A DNA stretch of 64,000 nt from a virus (Duplodnaviria > Caudoviricetes), in the IMG/VR virus record IMGVR_UViG_2875882051_000001, positions 21,268-85,267 of that record; one strand, 5' to 3'. The notes under the pieces were generated by a model that ran no database searches, was not told the origin of the DNA, and saw only the letters and a list, made by a program, of their open reading frames with translations. The position numbers and the translations under genes are program-made. Below, piece after piece: positions 47,604-57,521 of the stretch (its first letter is position 1; the number at the start of each line of letters is the position of its first letter).

Positions 47604-49450
47604 CTCCCACCTTTAGTATTTAGCCAATTTTCACTGGCCTTTAAATATTCATTTTCAATAACTTGTTTCTGTTGTGGCTCTTGTATTCTTTCTTCTGGTT
47701 GAAGATATCTTACATGTAATAAATCAGCTGCAACTGCTGCATATACTTCACAATCTAAATAGTGATTATCAGCATGACTAGTTTTAGTTTTCCAAACTGA
47801 AACACTTCTCCCATTCTTTCTTTCTATAACTTTTTCTTCTGATACAATTTGCTCTGCATAATCTCTGTCACAACCTTTATAAACCATCCATGAACCTGAA
47901 CCATTCGGCCTTTGTACTCTTGCTGATATCATATCTTTATATTGAGCTCCATCAACTATATATAGAATCATACCAATGGCCTTACTGCCTGTCTTATCAA
48001 TAACACTTGCTCTGTATCTTGATAATAATGGGCTTGATGATCCTTTTACTGGCACAGCCCAATCTTGATTTATAACGCAAAATTCATATACATCATCTGT
48101 TTGATCTCCTGAATCCACGCATGCTAGATTAACCTGAAACGCCTTCCCACTTAAATCATAATAAGGTAAATTCATTATATATTCTACTTGATCCCAAGTT
48201 TCCGCCATGCCATGAGTTATATTCCAGCTTGTCATTCCAGTTCCCCATGCTCTTATTGTGTAATAAAAATAATGTTTCTGTACATCAACTCCAGCTGTTA
48301 ATAATAAAGTTCCATCTGGAACAACAGTTTCCTCATATTCGGATTCCCTTTTTAAGACAAGATCACTGTCCATTTTTATCTCTGTTTGTTCCCATGGTTC
48401 TGCAAGCCATGAATTTATAAAATTCATTAATAAATCTGGATAATCCTTAGATTTTACAAATTCCTTTGCTACATCTCCAAACCTTACCCAAGGAGAATAT
48501 ATGGCATTTATATGAAAAGCAGTTCTTTTGCAGCCACTTTCTTTTATACTTCTCCATTCTCCATTTCTTATCATTTCAGGTTTATGGTTATCCGTAATCA
48601 TGCCTCTACATTCTTCACATTCATAATAAGCAGTATTGGCTGCCTCTTCTGGTGTTGAATGTTCTTTCCATTTAATATTTTTAAACTTTAAGAGCTGATA
48701 GTGCCCACAATGAGGGCAAGGCACATAATATTTTTTTTGGCAATCAGCATTTTCCCAATCTGACCATATAGGACCATTCTTTAATGTGGGTGTTGATGCT
48801 TCAAATATTTTTTTATTATGCGCAAAAGTTTTTGTACGTTCTCTAGCCAGTGAACGAGGATCTGCTTCTTTTCCTGAATTGCTTGGATACTTATCTATTT
48901 CATCCATAAACAAATACCTTATAGGTCTGCTTGCTAATGATGATGGCGAATTAGCACCTGATAGAACCACATACATTCCATCAAATTGTAATTCAAGTAT
49001 GCTGCTATCCAGTTCCATAAACCTTTCGCTTAAAACTTTTGAAAGGCCTATCATGGGCTTTAATCTATTTTTACTTGTATATTTAGCCAATGTGTCAGTA
49101 GGATATACAATTAATGATGGTGAAGGATCTTGCGCAATTACATATCCCAACATGTTATTAAGAGTTTCTGTTCCACCAACTTGAGTTGGTTTAACAAATA
49201 TTATTTCTTCAATATCAACATCATTGAACGAATCCATTATTCCTTGCAAATATGGAGTTCTCATTGTTTGCCATCTTCCTGGTTCTGCTGATGTTTTAGT
49301 ATCTAAGATTCTATATTTATCTGCCCATTCAGATACGGTAAGTCTTTCAGGTGGTTTTAGTACTTTTAATGAAGTTCTAATCCAATCAGGCCATTCATTA
49401 CTTTTGTTTTGATTTGTATACTCCGTTGATGCTAAGTTGTTCAAGTGCAT
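47591..49450 (-). CDS. terL: Terminase large subunit, lambda GpA family
   Basis: TVSEWAD, KPTQVGGTE, DEIDKY, ASTPT, CPHC, AGVDVQ. Confidence 0.95.
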   Translation of the reverse strand: MHLNNLASTEYTNQNKSNEWPDWIRTSLKVLKPPERLTVSEWADKYRILDTKTSAEPGRWQTMRTPYLQGIMDSFNDVDIEEIIFVKPTQVGGTETLNNMLGYVIAQDPSPSLIVYPTDTLAKYTSKNRLKPMIGLSKVLSERFMELDSSILELQFDGMYVVLSGANSPSSLASRPIRYLFMDEIDKYPSNSGKEADPRSLARERTKTFAHNKKIFEASTPTLKNGPIWSDWENADCQKKYYVPCPHCGHYQLLKFKNIKWKEHSTPEEAANTAYYECEECRGMITDNHKPEMIRNGEWRSIKESGCKRTAFHINAIYSPWVRFGDVAKEFVKSKDYPDLLMNFINSWLAEPWEQTEIKMDSDLVLKRESEYEETVVPDGTLLLTAGVDVQKHYFYYTIRAWGTGMTSWNITHGMAETWDQVEYIMNLPYYDLSGKAFQVNLACVDSGDQTDDVYEFCVINQDWAVPVKGSSSPLLSRYRASVIDKTGSKAIGMILYIVDGAQYKDMISARVQRPNGSGSWMVYKGCDRDYAEQIVSEEKVIERKNGRSVSVWKTKTSHADNHYLDCEVYAAVAADLLHVRYLQPEERIQEPQQKQVIENEYLKASENWLNTKGGSWLK

Positions 49451-49940
49451 CCATACTCAACTCCGTTATCATTTTTTCTATTCTTCTAGCAACATCACTT
49501 TCTACATATGGTGAAACTTCATTAGCCACTTTTCTGCTATACCCTAACATAGATCTCTTTAAAACTGTAAGAAATCTCTTAACCTCAATAATTATTTCAT
49601 GTTTATTTATATACTCACCTCTAGCAATTGCATTCTCAAATGATGCTTCTTCAGCTTTTTGTTTTTTATACTCTGTCTCATATTTTAATTTCTTTAAATT
49701 TAAAGAATACTCATCTGTACCTTTCATATTTGATTCAGAAATATTTTCTTCGGTTGTTAGAATTCCACGCCATGCAAGCACTTCCCAAACAGGCCACCAA
49801 CCTCTTGCAGCTTTTGGGCATCCTTTATCACTCCATTCTGCAAGTGTCTTTCTGGAAATATCTAATCTACTACATATCTCTGATGTGGTTATGCATAACT
49901 TATCATCTATAAATTTATAATCCTTTTCCATATTTCCCAC
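49398..49940 (-). CDS. terS: Terminase small subunit (Nu1-like)
   Basis: N-terminal HTH, GCPK...W motif, coiled coil. Confidence 0.85.
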   Translation of the reverse strand: MGNMEKDYKFIDDKLCITTSEICSRLDISRKTLAEWSDKGCPKAARGWWPVWEVLAWRGILTTEENISESNMKGTDEYSLNLKKLKYETEYKKQKAEEASFENAIARGEYINKHEIIIEVKRFLTVLKRSMLGYSRKVANEVSPYVESDVARRIEKMITELSMDALEQLSINGVYKSKQK

Positions 49941-49993
49941 ACTCCTTTCATGGATTTGTTACCCTATTTTTAAAAATCATACTCGATTAAATT

Positions 49994-50040
49994 CCGGGCT
50001 TCGCTAGACCCGCATATCCCCCACCCCCTAGGAAGTACCT
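49994..50040. other. Probable cos/packaging initiation site
   Basis: GC-rich island (minus strand GGTACTTCC...GCGGGTC) just upstream of a GpA-type terS. Confidence 0.6.
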
Positions 50041-50485
50041 TGCTTACCTTATGCATTGAAAACACTGCCTTTCGCTCTTATAAAAAAAGTTAAATATTTT
50101 AGTATTTAAAGCCTTAAAATGGATTCAAATGTAACAAAAATACCACTCAAACTTGTTAAGTGGTAACATTCCTTTATCTTCCATAATGTATTTGATGCAT
50201 TAGTTCATTATTAATAACAACATACTTTCATTTGATTGATCAGTATTTTTATACACCCAAATATCTGTATTTCCCAGCCTAAAAATTACTATCAAAATAC
50301 AGCCTTATACTATCAATTAATATATTGCGCTATAACCATTGATATAACTAGTGTTATGATGTATTTATCTCTTTGTATGTAATAGGTAATAACATGGAGG
50401 ATTACTGATATCTTTTTTAAGGCACATATATTAGTAGACATTTTTTCAAACCACGTCAAATAAGTACCAGTTTATTTTTTACGCA

Positions 50486-51136
50486 TTATATATCTTCATC
50501 AGCAATTTTAGCTGCATCCTCTTTCATCTTTTCCTTAATGCCTAAATACCTTTTTGTTTCTTCTATTGATTGATGATTTAATGCAATTCTAACCTTTTCT
50601 AAATCTCCACCAGATCTTTCATATATTCTAGTAGCATAAGTTTTTCTAGGACTATGACCACTTATATGCTTTAATCCAATAATCTTTCCAACCTCAGTAA
50701 GTATTCTGCTATATGATTTCTGTTCTATTGGTTCAATACCATTTCTAGATTTATTTGAAGGAAAAGCATATTCTGCTCTTTTTTTGCCTTTGACATAGTC
50801 TCTTAAATATTTCTCTAAGTTGTTGCCAATATATACTTTTCGCTTTTCAGGCTTCTTTCTGTTAGGATATCTATTTAAATTAGCTAGCCATTGATTGTAT
50901 TGTTTGGATTCCTGAATTAAAAAATATCCATTATCTAATGAATCTTTTATTTCTCCTATTGTAAGTTCTACAAGATCTTGCATTCTATAGCCTGTTGCTC
51001 TGGCTAATATAAATAGCATCAGATTTCTTTCAGCATACCTTTTACTATGTTCAATTAATTCTTCTTTAAATCTTTCATACTTATTTTGTGGTATTGGTGC
51101 TGCTGTGCCCTTTTCCCAATCTCTTACTCTTTCCAT
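50486..51136 (-). CDS. Short tyrosine recombinase (catalytic domain only)
   Basis: TGYRMQDL, HSPRKT, LNH, TKRY. Confidence 0.88.
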   Translation of the reverse strand: MERVRDWEKGTAAPIPQNKYERFKEELIEHSKRYAERNLMLFILARATGYRMQDLVELTIGEIKDSLDNGYFLIQESKQYNQWLANLNRYPNRKKPEKRKVYIGNNLEKYLRDYVKGKKRAEYAFPSNKSRNGIEPIEQKSYSRILTEVGKIIGLKHISGHSPRKTYATRIYERSGGDLEKVRIALNHQSIEETKRYLGIKEKMKEDAAKIADEDI

Positions 51137-51138
51137 AA

Positions 51139-51327
51139 TTATTTCACCTGCTTTATCGCTCCTTTGTGCCTTTTATAACAAGAATGAGACATTAATTCTC
51201 TAATATCACGTTCATTCAATTTTTCGTTTTTCTTTTTATCTTTCATTTCCATAAGCTTTTTATAATTTCCAATATCATTTTCTCTCAATACATCTTTTAC
51301 CCTCATAAACTCCCTCCTAAAATGCAA
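51139..51327 (-). CDS. Hypothetical protein
   Basis: ORF; likely start MRVKDV. Confidence 0.6.
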   Translation of the reverse strand: MHFRREFMRVKDVLRENDIGNYKKLMEMKDKKKNEKLNERDIRELMSHSCYKRHKGAIKQVK

Positions 51328-51351
51328 TTAAAAAGAGCTGTTATATTACCG

Positions 51352-51750
51352 CTAATATAACAACTCATCTTTTCTATAACCACTTTTAATTATCTTCCGA
51401 TTTATTTCTTTTTTACTATTTTCATTTACAAATCTCTTTGGAGTGTCAAATGTAATTATTGGTGCTACGCTTATATCAACTACTAAATCTCCATCATCAT
51501 TAGTTTTATAAATAGATCTATTCTTTTTTATAAATGTTGCATCACTCATAAACTGTTTTGATTCATATCTTGTAATTCTATCTATTTCTTTATTCCTAAT
51601 TTTATTAGCCAAATGTGAGCTTCTAAAATGCTTTAAATTTCGTTCTATGCACTTCCGAACTTTTTCAGGTTTACAATTCAAAACATTAGATATTTGATAT
51701 GCTGCATAACCTTTTAAATATAATTCTTTTACTCTCTCTTTATCTAACAA
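51352..51750 (-). CDS. HTH DNA-binding protein
   Basis: VKELYLKGYAAYQISNVL HTH. Confidence 0.7.
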   Translation of the reverse strand: MLDKERVKELYLKGYAAYQISNVLNCKPEKVRKCIERNLKHFRSSHLANKIRNKEIDRITRYESKQFMSDATFIKKNRSIYKTNDDGDLVVDISVAPIITFDTPKRFVNENSKKEINRKIIKSGYRKDELLY

Positions 51751-51975
51751 AGTGTAACCTCCTAAAAATAGATATAATTATTCCATACCAAAAACGTGAC
51801 ATTTTCTACTAAATGAGAAATATAAAATTTAGTTTTGGGTTTATTACTTATTTATGTACCTATATTATCATTATTCAAGTTACAAATGTGAGAAATTTTC
51901 GAGAAATTTTTGCTACAAAAAAAGAACAAAATCAAGACAAAATTGTAACAAAAAAGTGCCAAAAATATGACACTT

Positions 51976-52317
51976 TCATTCTATAAACCCTTTTGAAATT
52001 GTTCTTAACGCTTTGTTTATACTGTAATCTATTTGTCTCTTTGATCTATCTAATTCCCTTGCAACTTTCTTCTTTTCTTTCCCCTGTATATAAATAAGAC
52101 TAATAACTTTATAATCTTTTTCTGGAAGCAGCCTTAATATATTATCTATTTTCCTATTTTCTAGCTCTAATCTTTTTATATCTAATTTTAGTTTTTTGAT
52201 TCTTTCATCATCTTCTTCAATTCCGTTTATAATTAAATTTTCTATTTCAATATTCTTATTATCTATCTTACAAATTCTTTCTCTATATAATTCAAATTGA
52301 TTTTTTATTTCTCCCAT
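51976..52317 (-). CDS. RinA/ArpU-like late activator
   Basis: Coiled coil plus C-terminal HTH; ACAAAA repeats downstream at ~51916-51965. Confidence 0.7.
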   Translation of the reverse strand: MGEIKNQFELYRERICKIDNKNIEIENLIINGIEEDDERIKKLKLDIKRLELENRKIDNILRLLPEKDYKVISLIYIQGKEKKKVARELDRSKRQIDYSINKALRTISKGFIE

Positions 52318-52341
52318 TTATATCACCTATCCTTTAAAATA

Positions 52342-52430
52342 TGGTATAATTTAGATAGGTTGATTAGAGAACTTACGTTCCAAGGTGTATTCTCTAATCT
52401 GGTGAGGTGTTCGTAACGAACACTTTTTCT
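52342..52430 (+). ncRNA. Candidate ~70-nt sRNA with extended -10 (TGgTATAAT), hairpin, perfect SOS box (52369-52380) and terminator
   Basis: Elements seen directly; expression not shown. Confidence 0.4.
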
Positions 52431-52432
52431 GT

Positions 52433-53440
52433 TTACATGACTAATTTTCTATATTCATTTCTTAAATTCTCTTGAGACAACTGTGCATATATTTGAGTTG
52501 TTGATGGAGTAGTATGTCCCAAAATCCCTTGAACTCCTTCTATTCTCATACCACTATTTAGTAATATTGTAGCTCTAGTTCTTCTAAATTTATGGCAATG
52601 TACTCTTTCATTTACACCAGATCTCTTCTTGATTTTAGATAGAATCAATTGTAGTGCTCTAACTTTAATATGTTGGTGCATACCTTTATCTGATATAAAA
52701 AGCCATTCTGATTCTCCAACCCTTGAACTTATATACTCCTGCATGTGCAATTTAGCTTTTGTAGAAAAGTAAACTATCCTTTCTTTACTTCCTTTTCCAA
52801 AGACCTTTATACTTCGTTCTTGCCAGTTTATATCTTCCAATTTAATATTATCTAACTCTGATATTCTGCATGCAGTGCTATCTAAAATCTCAAATAAACA
52901 TTTTTCCTTTTCTGTCCTGCAAGCTTCTCTAAGTTTTTCTAAATTATCTGCTTTATATGGTTGTAATATTACACGTGGCACTTTAGTTTGCTTCAACTTA
53001 AAAGCTGGATTTTTAAATATATATTCTTCACTTTGCAGCCATCCGAAGAAACCTTTAAGCATTGTTATATATCCATTAACTGTAGTAGCTTGTTTCCCTT
53101 TTCCCATAAGAGCTAGGAACATACGCAAATCCATTGTCTCTATAGTGGAACATGGTTTTGTGAAAAATTGATCTAGTTTATTTAAGAATAATCTATAATT
53201 ATCTAATGTCTTTAGGCTTAAACCTTCTAGTTTTTTGCAAGCTAGGTATATAGTGGCCTTTTCTTCTATGTCACTTGTAATTAGATCCGTGCATTTTGAT
53301 TGTACTTCATAGTCGTAAAGTGTTTCATCAATTATCTTCTTAACTTCTAGCTGCAAACTTAAATTTTGTTCTAGTATTGGTAATAACAATGTTAATTTGC
53401 CTAATAATTTTATACTGGCTTCTTCATTTAGGTTGCTCAT
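52433..53440 (-). CDS. XerD-like tyrosine recombinase, closely similar to 11499-12506
   Basis: Same length (335 aa), intact catalytic residues, shared upstream 27 bp. Confidence 0.92.
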   Translation of the reverse strand: MSNLNEEASIKLLGKLTLLLPILEQNLSLQLEVKKIIDETLYDYEVQSKCTDLITSDIEEKATIYLACKKLEGLSLKTLDNYRLFLNKLDQFFTKPCSTIETMDLRMFLALMGKGKQATTVNGYITMLKGFFGWLQSEEYIFKNPAFKLKQTKVPRVILQPYKADNLEKLREACRTEKEKCLFEILDSTACRISELDNIKLEDINWQERSIKVFGKGSKERIVYFSTKAKLHMQEYISSRVGESEWLFISDKGMHQHIKVRALQLILSKIKKRSGVNERVHCHKFRRTRATILLNSGMRIEGVQGILGHTTPSTTQIYAQLSQENLRNEYRKLVM

Positions 53441-53512
53441 ATTATCAAATCCTTTCTTTAGTTTTTTATATTAAGGTGTTCTTGATGAACACCTTATTAG
53501 TTTTGCGTAGGA

Positions 53513-53860
53513 TCACATATCAATTTCAATTAACTTATCTGCTTCATAAGCTATATTTGAACTTCTTGATAATATCCTATCAAATATAATTTGTAGATCA
53601 TTTATATCCTCTTGGGTGATATCTGATTGTATAGATTCATCCCAATCCTCATACATTCCATTTTCTTGTTGATTTTCTATTGCATCATCTAGAATTCTTC
53701 TAGCATCAAATTTTGCATGATACCCTGTTGTTGTATATATTTTTTTAGTTTTATAATTTTCTAAATCCTCTAAAATATCTTCTACAGTATCGACAATGCT
53801 ATATCCATCCACTAAAACAATAGTATCTTTGGGTAATGTTGATAATTTTACTCTTTTCAT
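53513..53860 (-). CDS. Hypothetical protein
   Basis: 115-aa ORF. Confidence 0.7.
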   Translation of the reverse strand: MKRVKLSTLPKDTIVLVDGYSIVDTVEDILEDLENYKTKKIYTTTGYHAKFDARRILDDAIENQQENGMYEDWDESIQSDITQEDINDLQIIFDRILSRSSNIAYEADKLIEIDM

Positions 53861-54006
53861 TTCTCTACCTCACTTTCTAATGCTTTTATTGCTATATTTA
53901 AAGCACATATTTCATCTTCATAAGCACCACCAAAAACTTTAGCAGTAAGACTTTCTTTACTCTTTTTCATGTTTTTTAATTCTTGTATAGCTTGTTTATT
54001 ATCCAT
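53857..54006 (-). CDS. Hypothetical protein (49 aa, MDNKQAIQELKNM...ALNIAIKALESEVEK)
   Basis: Manual translation; GGAGG RBS; ATGA overlap. Confidence 0.65.
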   Translation of the reverse strand: MDNKQAIQELKNMKKSKESLTAKVFGGAYEDEICALNIAIKALESEVEK

Positions 54007-54068
54007 GATCTACCTCCATTCTACAGAGCAAGAACGCCATGGCGTACTCGCTATTTTAGAATTGCGTA

Positions 54069-54218
54069 CTAATCTTCTGTACATAAATCAGTCCATCTAT
54101 CTCCTGCTATTGTGTTATTAATACCTTGTAATTCTTCTTGTAACTCAGTTACTTCTTGAAGTGTTTCACATTTCTTATATAAATTTTCTATAATTTTTTG
54201 AACCTCATATGAAACCAT
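54069..54218 (-). CDS. Hypothetical protein (49 aa) flanked by 20-bp direct repeats
   Basis: MVSYEVQK...; repeats at 54053-54072 and 54244-54263. Confidence 0.65.
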   Translation of the reverse strand: MVSYEVQKIIENLYKKCETLQEVTELQEELQGINNTIAGDRWTDLCTED

Positions 54219-54386
54219 TGTTATTTCACCCTTTCTTTGTACAATTTTAGAATTGCGCACTAAAAAATACCGTATATTCTTTTTTCAATAATACGGTATT
54301 CTCTTTAAGTTATATTTAATTTTATCTTCGTAATATTTTAAAATTAGTTCTTTAACTTACTCCACAAACTGGTATTTGCAACTTTA

Positions 54387-54926
54387 TTACATCCCAACTA
54401 TCTTTCTAACTGTGTTCGCTGTTCTGATTGTCAGCTTGCTACTAATGTTTGCGTTAGCTGTCTTTGACCACCAATTTGTCTTTTGATAATCCTTTCGACT
54501 AAAAGACCAGAATACTGCTTTTTTGTAGTTCTTTATCTTTTCAAATTCTTCCTTAGGCTCTCCTATTTCACTAAATACATCAGTAAATGTTGTCGGCAAC
54601 ATTATAAAAATCAGATTATCGTATATTTCCTTGTTTTCATTTCCCCACCAGTCAGGGGCATTATGTAATATATCTTTCAGTTCTTCTTTTAATATGACAA
54701 AAACCGGTATTTCCAAATTAAACCTGTCTTTTATCATTGTTTCAAGCTGACCGGAAAAATCCTCTTTGTAATCCTCATCACTTGAAAAGATGACATTGCC
54801 GCTGTTCAGATATGTCTTAACTTCTAAAAAACCAAGTTCTTCAAAACCTGCCTTTAATCCAGCCATTGGAATCTTATTTTTGCCACTTATATTGATGCCC
54901 CTTAAAAATGCAATATATCTTTTCAT
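54387..54926 (-). CDS. DUF1697-family protein
   Basis: YIAFLRGINISGKNKIPMA...VKTYLNSGNVIF...TIRTANTV. Confidence 0.9.
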   Translation of the reverse strand: MKRYIAFLRGINISGKNKIPMAGLKAGFEELGFLEVKTYLNSGNVIFSSDEDYKEDFSGQLETMIKDRFNLEIPVFVILKEELKDILHNAPDWWGNENKEIYDNLIFIMLPTTFTDVFSEIGEPKEEFEKIKNYKKAVFWSFSRKDYQKTNWWSKTANANISSKLTIRTANTVRKIVGM

Positions 54927-55093
54927 ATAACAAAGTCACCTCATCAAATTCTAATTTATTGCTTAGTAAAAAACTATAAACTCATATAATAATACAATTA
55001 TGAGTTTATTATAGCATATTTTTATAACACCGTATTATTCAATTTTCAAAGATCATTTTTAAAATTTACTACGTCAAATCTACACATTCAGCA

Positions 55094-55261
55094 TTAATCT
55101 ATTGCTAAATATTTATCATCTTTATCTCTTTCCTCTACCCAAATATGTTCATTTATATCTTCTATAAAATCATCAGTCCATTCACGAACTTCCAAATCCC
55201 CATGCTCCTCTTTTATTTTCTCAAGTCTTTTTATTACATCACTAATATAAATATTATCCAT
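55094..55261 (-). CDS. Hypothetical protein
   Basis: MDNIYISDVIKRLEKIKEEHGDLEV...; GGAGG RBS. Confidence 0.65.
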   Translation of the reverse strand: MDNIYISDVIKRLEKIKEEHGDLEVREWTDDFIEDINEHIWVEERDKDDKYLAID

Positions 55262-55280
55262 GCTTTTTCCCTCCTTAAAT

Positions 55281-55673
55281 CTACAGGTTCTGAGCTTTAC
55301 AATCATTTGATAATTCATCTAGATAGTTACACCATTCAATAAAAGCATTAATTATTGGAACTGAATTTGTTCCTCCTGCCCATCCACAGAATCCTATGAA
55401 ACCATCTTTATTAAAACTGATACATTCTCGTTGAGTGAAATAATGACTGTTCATGAATAAATAACATTCTATTAACTCCCCATTTGATTTATATTTACTT
55501 TTAACCTTTTCACTCATTCTCATTGTATTTACTGATGTTATTCCATCCTTGTTAGCTTGTCTTATATGTTTATTTAGCAACATTATCAGAACACATATAT
55601 CTCCTGAATTAATTCATCTATAACTTAAACCCTTATTTCTGAAATATGATCTTGCTTCATCGTTGTTCATCAT
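55281..55673 (-). pseudogene. Hypothetical phage gene with an in-frame TGA at 55614-55616 (3' part 55281-55583 open)
   Basis: MMNNDEARSYFRNKGLSYR*INSGDICVLIMLLNK... in one frame, RBS before 55673. Confidence 0.55.
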
Positions 55674-55689
55674 CTATATTCCCCTTCAA

Positions 55690-55926
55690 CTATTCTATGG
55701 TTACATACCACACATCAAATATCTCTTCTGGCAACACATAAGTGCATGACTGCCAATTAGCTATTACTGGATTATAAAACTTTAATTTATTTTGCTTTTC
55801 TGATATATCAATTTTGTAGCTTTCGCCACTTTTTTTGCTAGTAATTATCACATTTTTATCATCTATTCCTTTTTCCCATGCTTCTAGGAATTTATATTCA
55901 ATTGTTTTATCTATCTTAATATCCAT
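55690..55926 (-). CDS. Hypothetical protein
   Basis: 78-aa ORF. Confidence 0.7.
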   Translation of the reverse strand: MDIKIDKTIEYKFLEAWEKGIDDKNVIITSKKSGESYKIDISEKQNKLKFYNPVIANWQSCTYVLPEEIFDVWYVTIE

Positions 55927-55945
55927 ACTTACACCTTATTTACTA

Positions 55946-56035
55946 CAAGAGGATTGCTCCCCTTGCATATTTTTTTATTGCAGTAACCTTAACATTAACA
56001 ATTCGTAACCCCTGCCAACGCTCCTAGTCCTGCAA
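55946..56035 (-). ncRNA. Structured intergenic RNA-like element, homologous to 14285-14367
   Basis: Nested stems with G-U substitutions; GCAA-tetraloop hairpin downstream. Confidence 0.5.
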
Positions 56036-56040
56036 GTACT

Positions 56041-56196
56041 TCAATTTACTATTTCTTTTATTTTTTTATAGAAAGATCTTCTTTTATCATCCGAAAATCC
56101 TTTTGTATATTCCTTAAAAATTTCTTCTAAAGTTTTATCAGGCTTTTCAAAATATGCTTTAACAACTTTATCTATAATTTCATTCTTCTTATCCAT
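56041..56196 (-). CDS. Hypothetical protein (51 aa, MDKKNEIIDKVVKAYFEKPD...)
   Basis: Manual translation; AGGAG RBS. Confidence 0.65.
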   Translation of the reverse strand: MDKKNEIIDKVVKAYFEKPDKTLEEIFKEYTKGFSDDKRRSFYKKIKEIVN

Positions 56197-56200
56197 CACA

Positions 56201-57520
56201 CTATCTCCTTATAACATCTAGAGAACCGAATCTTTGATAATGACCTAACCATGCAAGTTTTGTAGTTCCAGTTCTTCCATTTCTATTTTTTGCTGTAATA
56301 ACTTCAGCTATATTCTTATCTTCTGATTCCTTATTGTAATATTCATCCCTATATAAAAAGTGAATTACATCTGCATCCTGTTCTATTGATCCTGATTCTC
56401 TTAAATCCGATAATATAGGTCTATGGTCTGCCCTTTGCTCTGGAGCTCTAGACAATTGCGATAATGCAATAATGTTAATTCCTAATTCTTTGGCCAATCC
56501 TTTTATTTCTCTTGATATATAAGCTACTTCCTGTTCCCTGCTGCTTGTATTCAATGTAGTTCTTATGAGCTGAAGGTAATCTATTAATACAAGATCCAAT
56601 CCATTCTGTATTTTTAGTTTCCTACATTTAGCTTTAATATCTCCAAGCAATGATGAAGTGTCATCTATAAATAACTTTCTTCTCATCAAATCATTTGAAC
56701 CTACAAAAACCTTGCTGAATTCTTTATCATCTAATTGACCAGTTGATATTTTAGAAAAATCAATCAAGCATTTTGCGCTTAAAAGTCTATCCATAAGTTG
56801 TTCCCTAGGCATTTCTAACGAAAAAATTGCTACATTAGCATCTTTTGAAACTGATTGTCCTATGTTTAAGGCTAACGCTGTTTTCCCCATTGATGGTCTT
56901 GCTGCAATCACTACAAAATCCGATTTCTTTAGTCCAGATGTTATTCTATCTAGCTCATTAAAACCAGTGCTTAATCCTGCTAATTGTCCTCCGTTCTTGC
57001 ATCTTTCTTCTAATGTCATAAGTGTTTGTTCAACTGCGTCAGTAATTGGCACTATATCACTTGTAGTTTGACTTGATGAAACTTTGTATAATTCATTTTC
57101 TGTGTAATCAATGATATTCTTTATATTTTCCTCATCATAAGCTTTTTGTAATAAATTCTTACTTGTCTTTATTAGTCTGCGTCTATTAGCTTTTTCTTTT
57201 ATTATCTCCGCATAAGCAATAACATTGCTGCTTTCAAAGTATGAAGTAGATAGCTCTGTTATATAAGTCACTCCTCCACATCTGTCGAGTAATTCCTTTT
57301 TCCTAATCTCTTCAATTACAGTTATAAGATCTACACCTATACCTCTATTAACAAGCGATATTACAACCTCATAAATTTTTTTATGCTTGTCTACATAAAA
57401 ATCATCGCTACTCAATATAGATTCAATATTTATAACCTTATCAATATTGCTGATTATGCAACCTAATACGGATTGTTCAGCTTCTATGTTATTGGGTAAT
57501 ATTCTTTCTAAAATTTCCAT
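56201..57520 (-). CDS. dnaB: DnaB-like replicative helicase
   Basis: AARPSMGKT, IDYLQL, LSQLSR, DLRESGSIEQDAD. Confidence 0.95.
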   Translation of the reverse strand: MEILERILPNNIEAEQSVLGCIISNIDKVINIESILSSDDFYVDKHKKIYEVVISLVNRGIGVDLITVIEEIRKKELLDRCGGVTYITELSTSYFESSNVIAYAEIIKEKANRRRLIKTSKNLLQKAYDEENIKNIIDYTENELYKVSSSQTTSDIVPITDAVEQTLMTLEERCKNGGQLAGLSTGFNELDRITSGLKKSDFVVIAARPSMGKTALALNIGQSVSKDANVAIFSLEMPREQLMDRLLSAKCLIDFSKISTGQLDDKEFSKVFVGSNDLMRRKLFIDDTSSLLGDIKAKCRKLKIQNGLDLVLIDYLQLIRTTLNTSSREQEVAYISREIKGLAKELGINIIALSQLSRAPEQRADHRPILSDLRESGSIEQDADVIHFLYRDEYYNKESEDKNIAEVITAKNRNGRTGTTKLAWLGHYQRFGSLDVIRR

Positions 57521-57521
57521 A

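Noticed and set aside
55614-55616. Stop-codon reassignment (TGA read-through code)
   Set aside because: TGA terminates many well-defined genes in both prophages.
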